Source of the DNA: Malacoraja senta
Taxonomy: Eukaryota
Length of the DNA: 64,000 bases
NCBI GenBank assembly: GCA_038087875.1
Contig: JAXLNO010005773.1
Location: 1-64,000, forward strand
Direction: 5' to 3'
Position 1 is the first letter of the stretch; each line of letters starts with the position of its first letter. Made by a program: the position numbers and the translations under genes. The notes beneath the pieces are model-generated. The model had not been told where the DNA came from. It searched no databases and saw only the letters and a program-made list of their open reading frames with translations. Positions 63,360-64,000 of the stretch are shown here, one piece after another.

Positions 63360-63811
63360 GTGTTCAAGTTCAAGTTCAAGAAGTTTATTGCCATGTCAAC
63401 AAGTTGATAGGAATGTGTCTTGGTTCGCTCTCAGACAAATACAATTCAGTACAATACATCCACCACATACACCACAATAAATAATAAATAATACAGACAA
63501 TATCGTACGAAGGACAATATATACAGGAAGGACAGTGTGTGCCTGGAAAGCACTGCCAGGGATGGTGGCGTCTGGCGTGCACCTTCGTGGGTGCATGGAG
63601 ATGCAGGGGTTTGAGGGACATGAATCATTTGCAGGCAGATGCTGCCTAACTGGTGTCTGTCCGACTCATCTGGAGGGATCTGATGGTCAGGCAGGGAATA
63701 TTTCCAGTGACCCAATGGTGCTGAGTTCGCTGAATTTTACGATGAATGGGAATGCCCCTGTAATAGAGGAACAGGTCCTTTGTCCAACAACGTTTGTGCT
63801 GAACATGACGC
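63360..63811 (-). repeat. Degenerate LINE 3' remnant with (CTTGAA)n tail
   Basis: The (AAGTTC)n run at 63363-63380 is preceded on the minus strand by AATAAA. The coding signal is too decayed to classify. Confidence 0.4.
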
Positions 63812-64000
63812 AACCTGAGGCAGAGTGGCGCTGCTCATAGAGCTGCTGCCTCAGTGCGTCATAGACGTCAGTTCAATCATAACCTCGGTTGTCTGCTGTG
63901 TGAAGTTTGCATGTATTCCCTATGACCGCATGGGTTTCCACTGTCCTCCAGTTTTCACACACATACTAAAGATGCCAGGTTTATGGGTTAATTGGTCTCT

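Overview
Vertebrate genomic DNA, very probably a cartilaginous fish (skate/ray-like, inferred from HE1/V-SINE-type SINEs, CR1 LINEs with (TTCTATGT)n tails and abundant Penelope remnants). Most of the window is transposable element sequence. One host gene is visible on the + strand: a divergent, non-classical-looking MHC class I-like gene. It has an alpha-2 exon (23165-23440), an Ig-C1 alpha-3 exon (31858-32124) and a TM exon (34811-34918). The alpha-3 and TM exons recur (43199-43465, 46151-46258) because of a near-identical ~11.3-11.8 kb intragenic tandem duplication (24913-36255 / 36253-48077). No alpha-1 or leader exon was found in the window. The most striking TE structure is two full-length Tx1-clade retrotransposons (2532-8988, 9001-15455). 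They lie head-to-tail at one 12-bp target (TGGCCCCGCTCT, present three times) inside a ~680-bp non-autonomous DNA element with long TIRs and a TAA TSD. This looks like site-specific retrotransposition into a MITE, analogous to Xenopus Tx1L/Tx1D. Also present: a hAT-in-hAT-in-SINE nest with TSDs (16397-20724), a DNA element with a 5-bp TSD, Penelope ends with hammerhead-like cores, and a minus-strand L1 split by an inverted L1 and a CR1 (about 49588-63100). All alignments and counts were done by eye; family names are recognition-based, not database hits.
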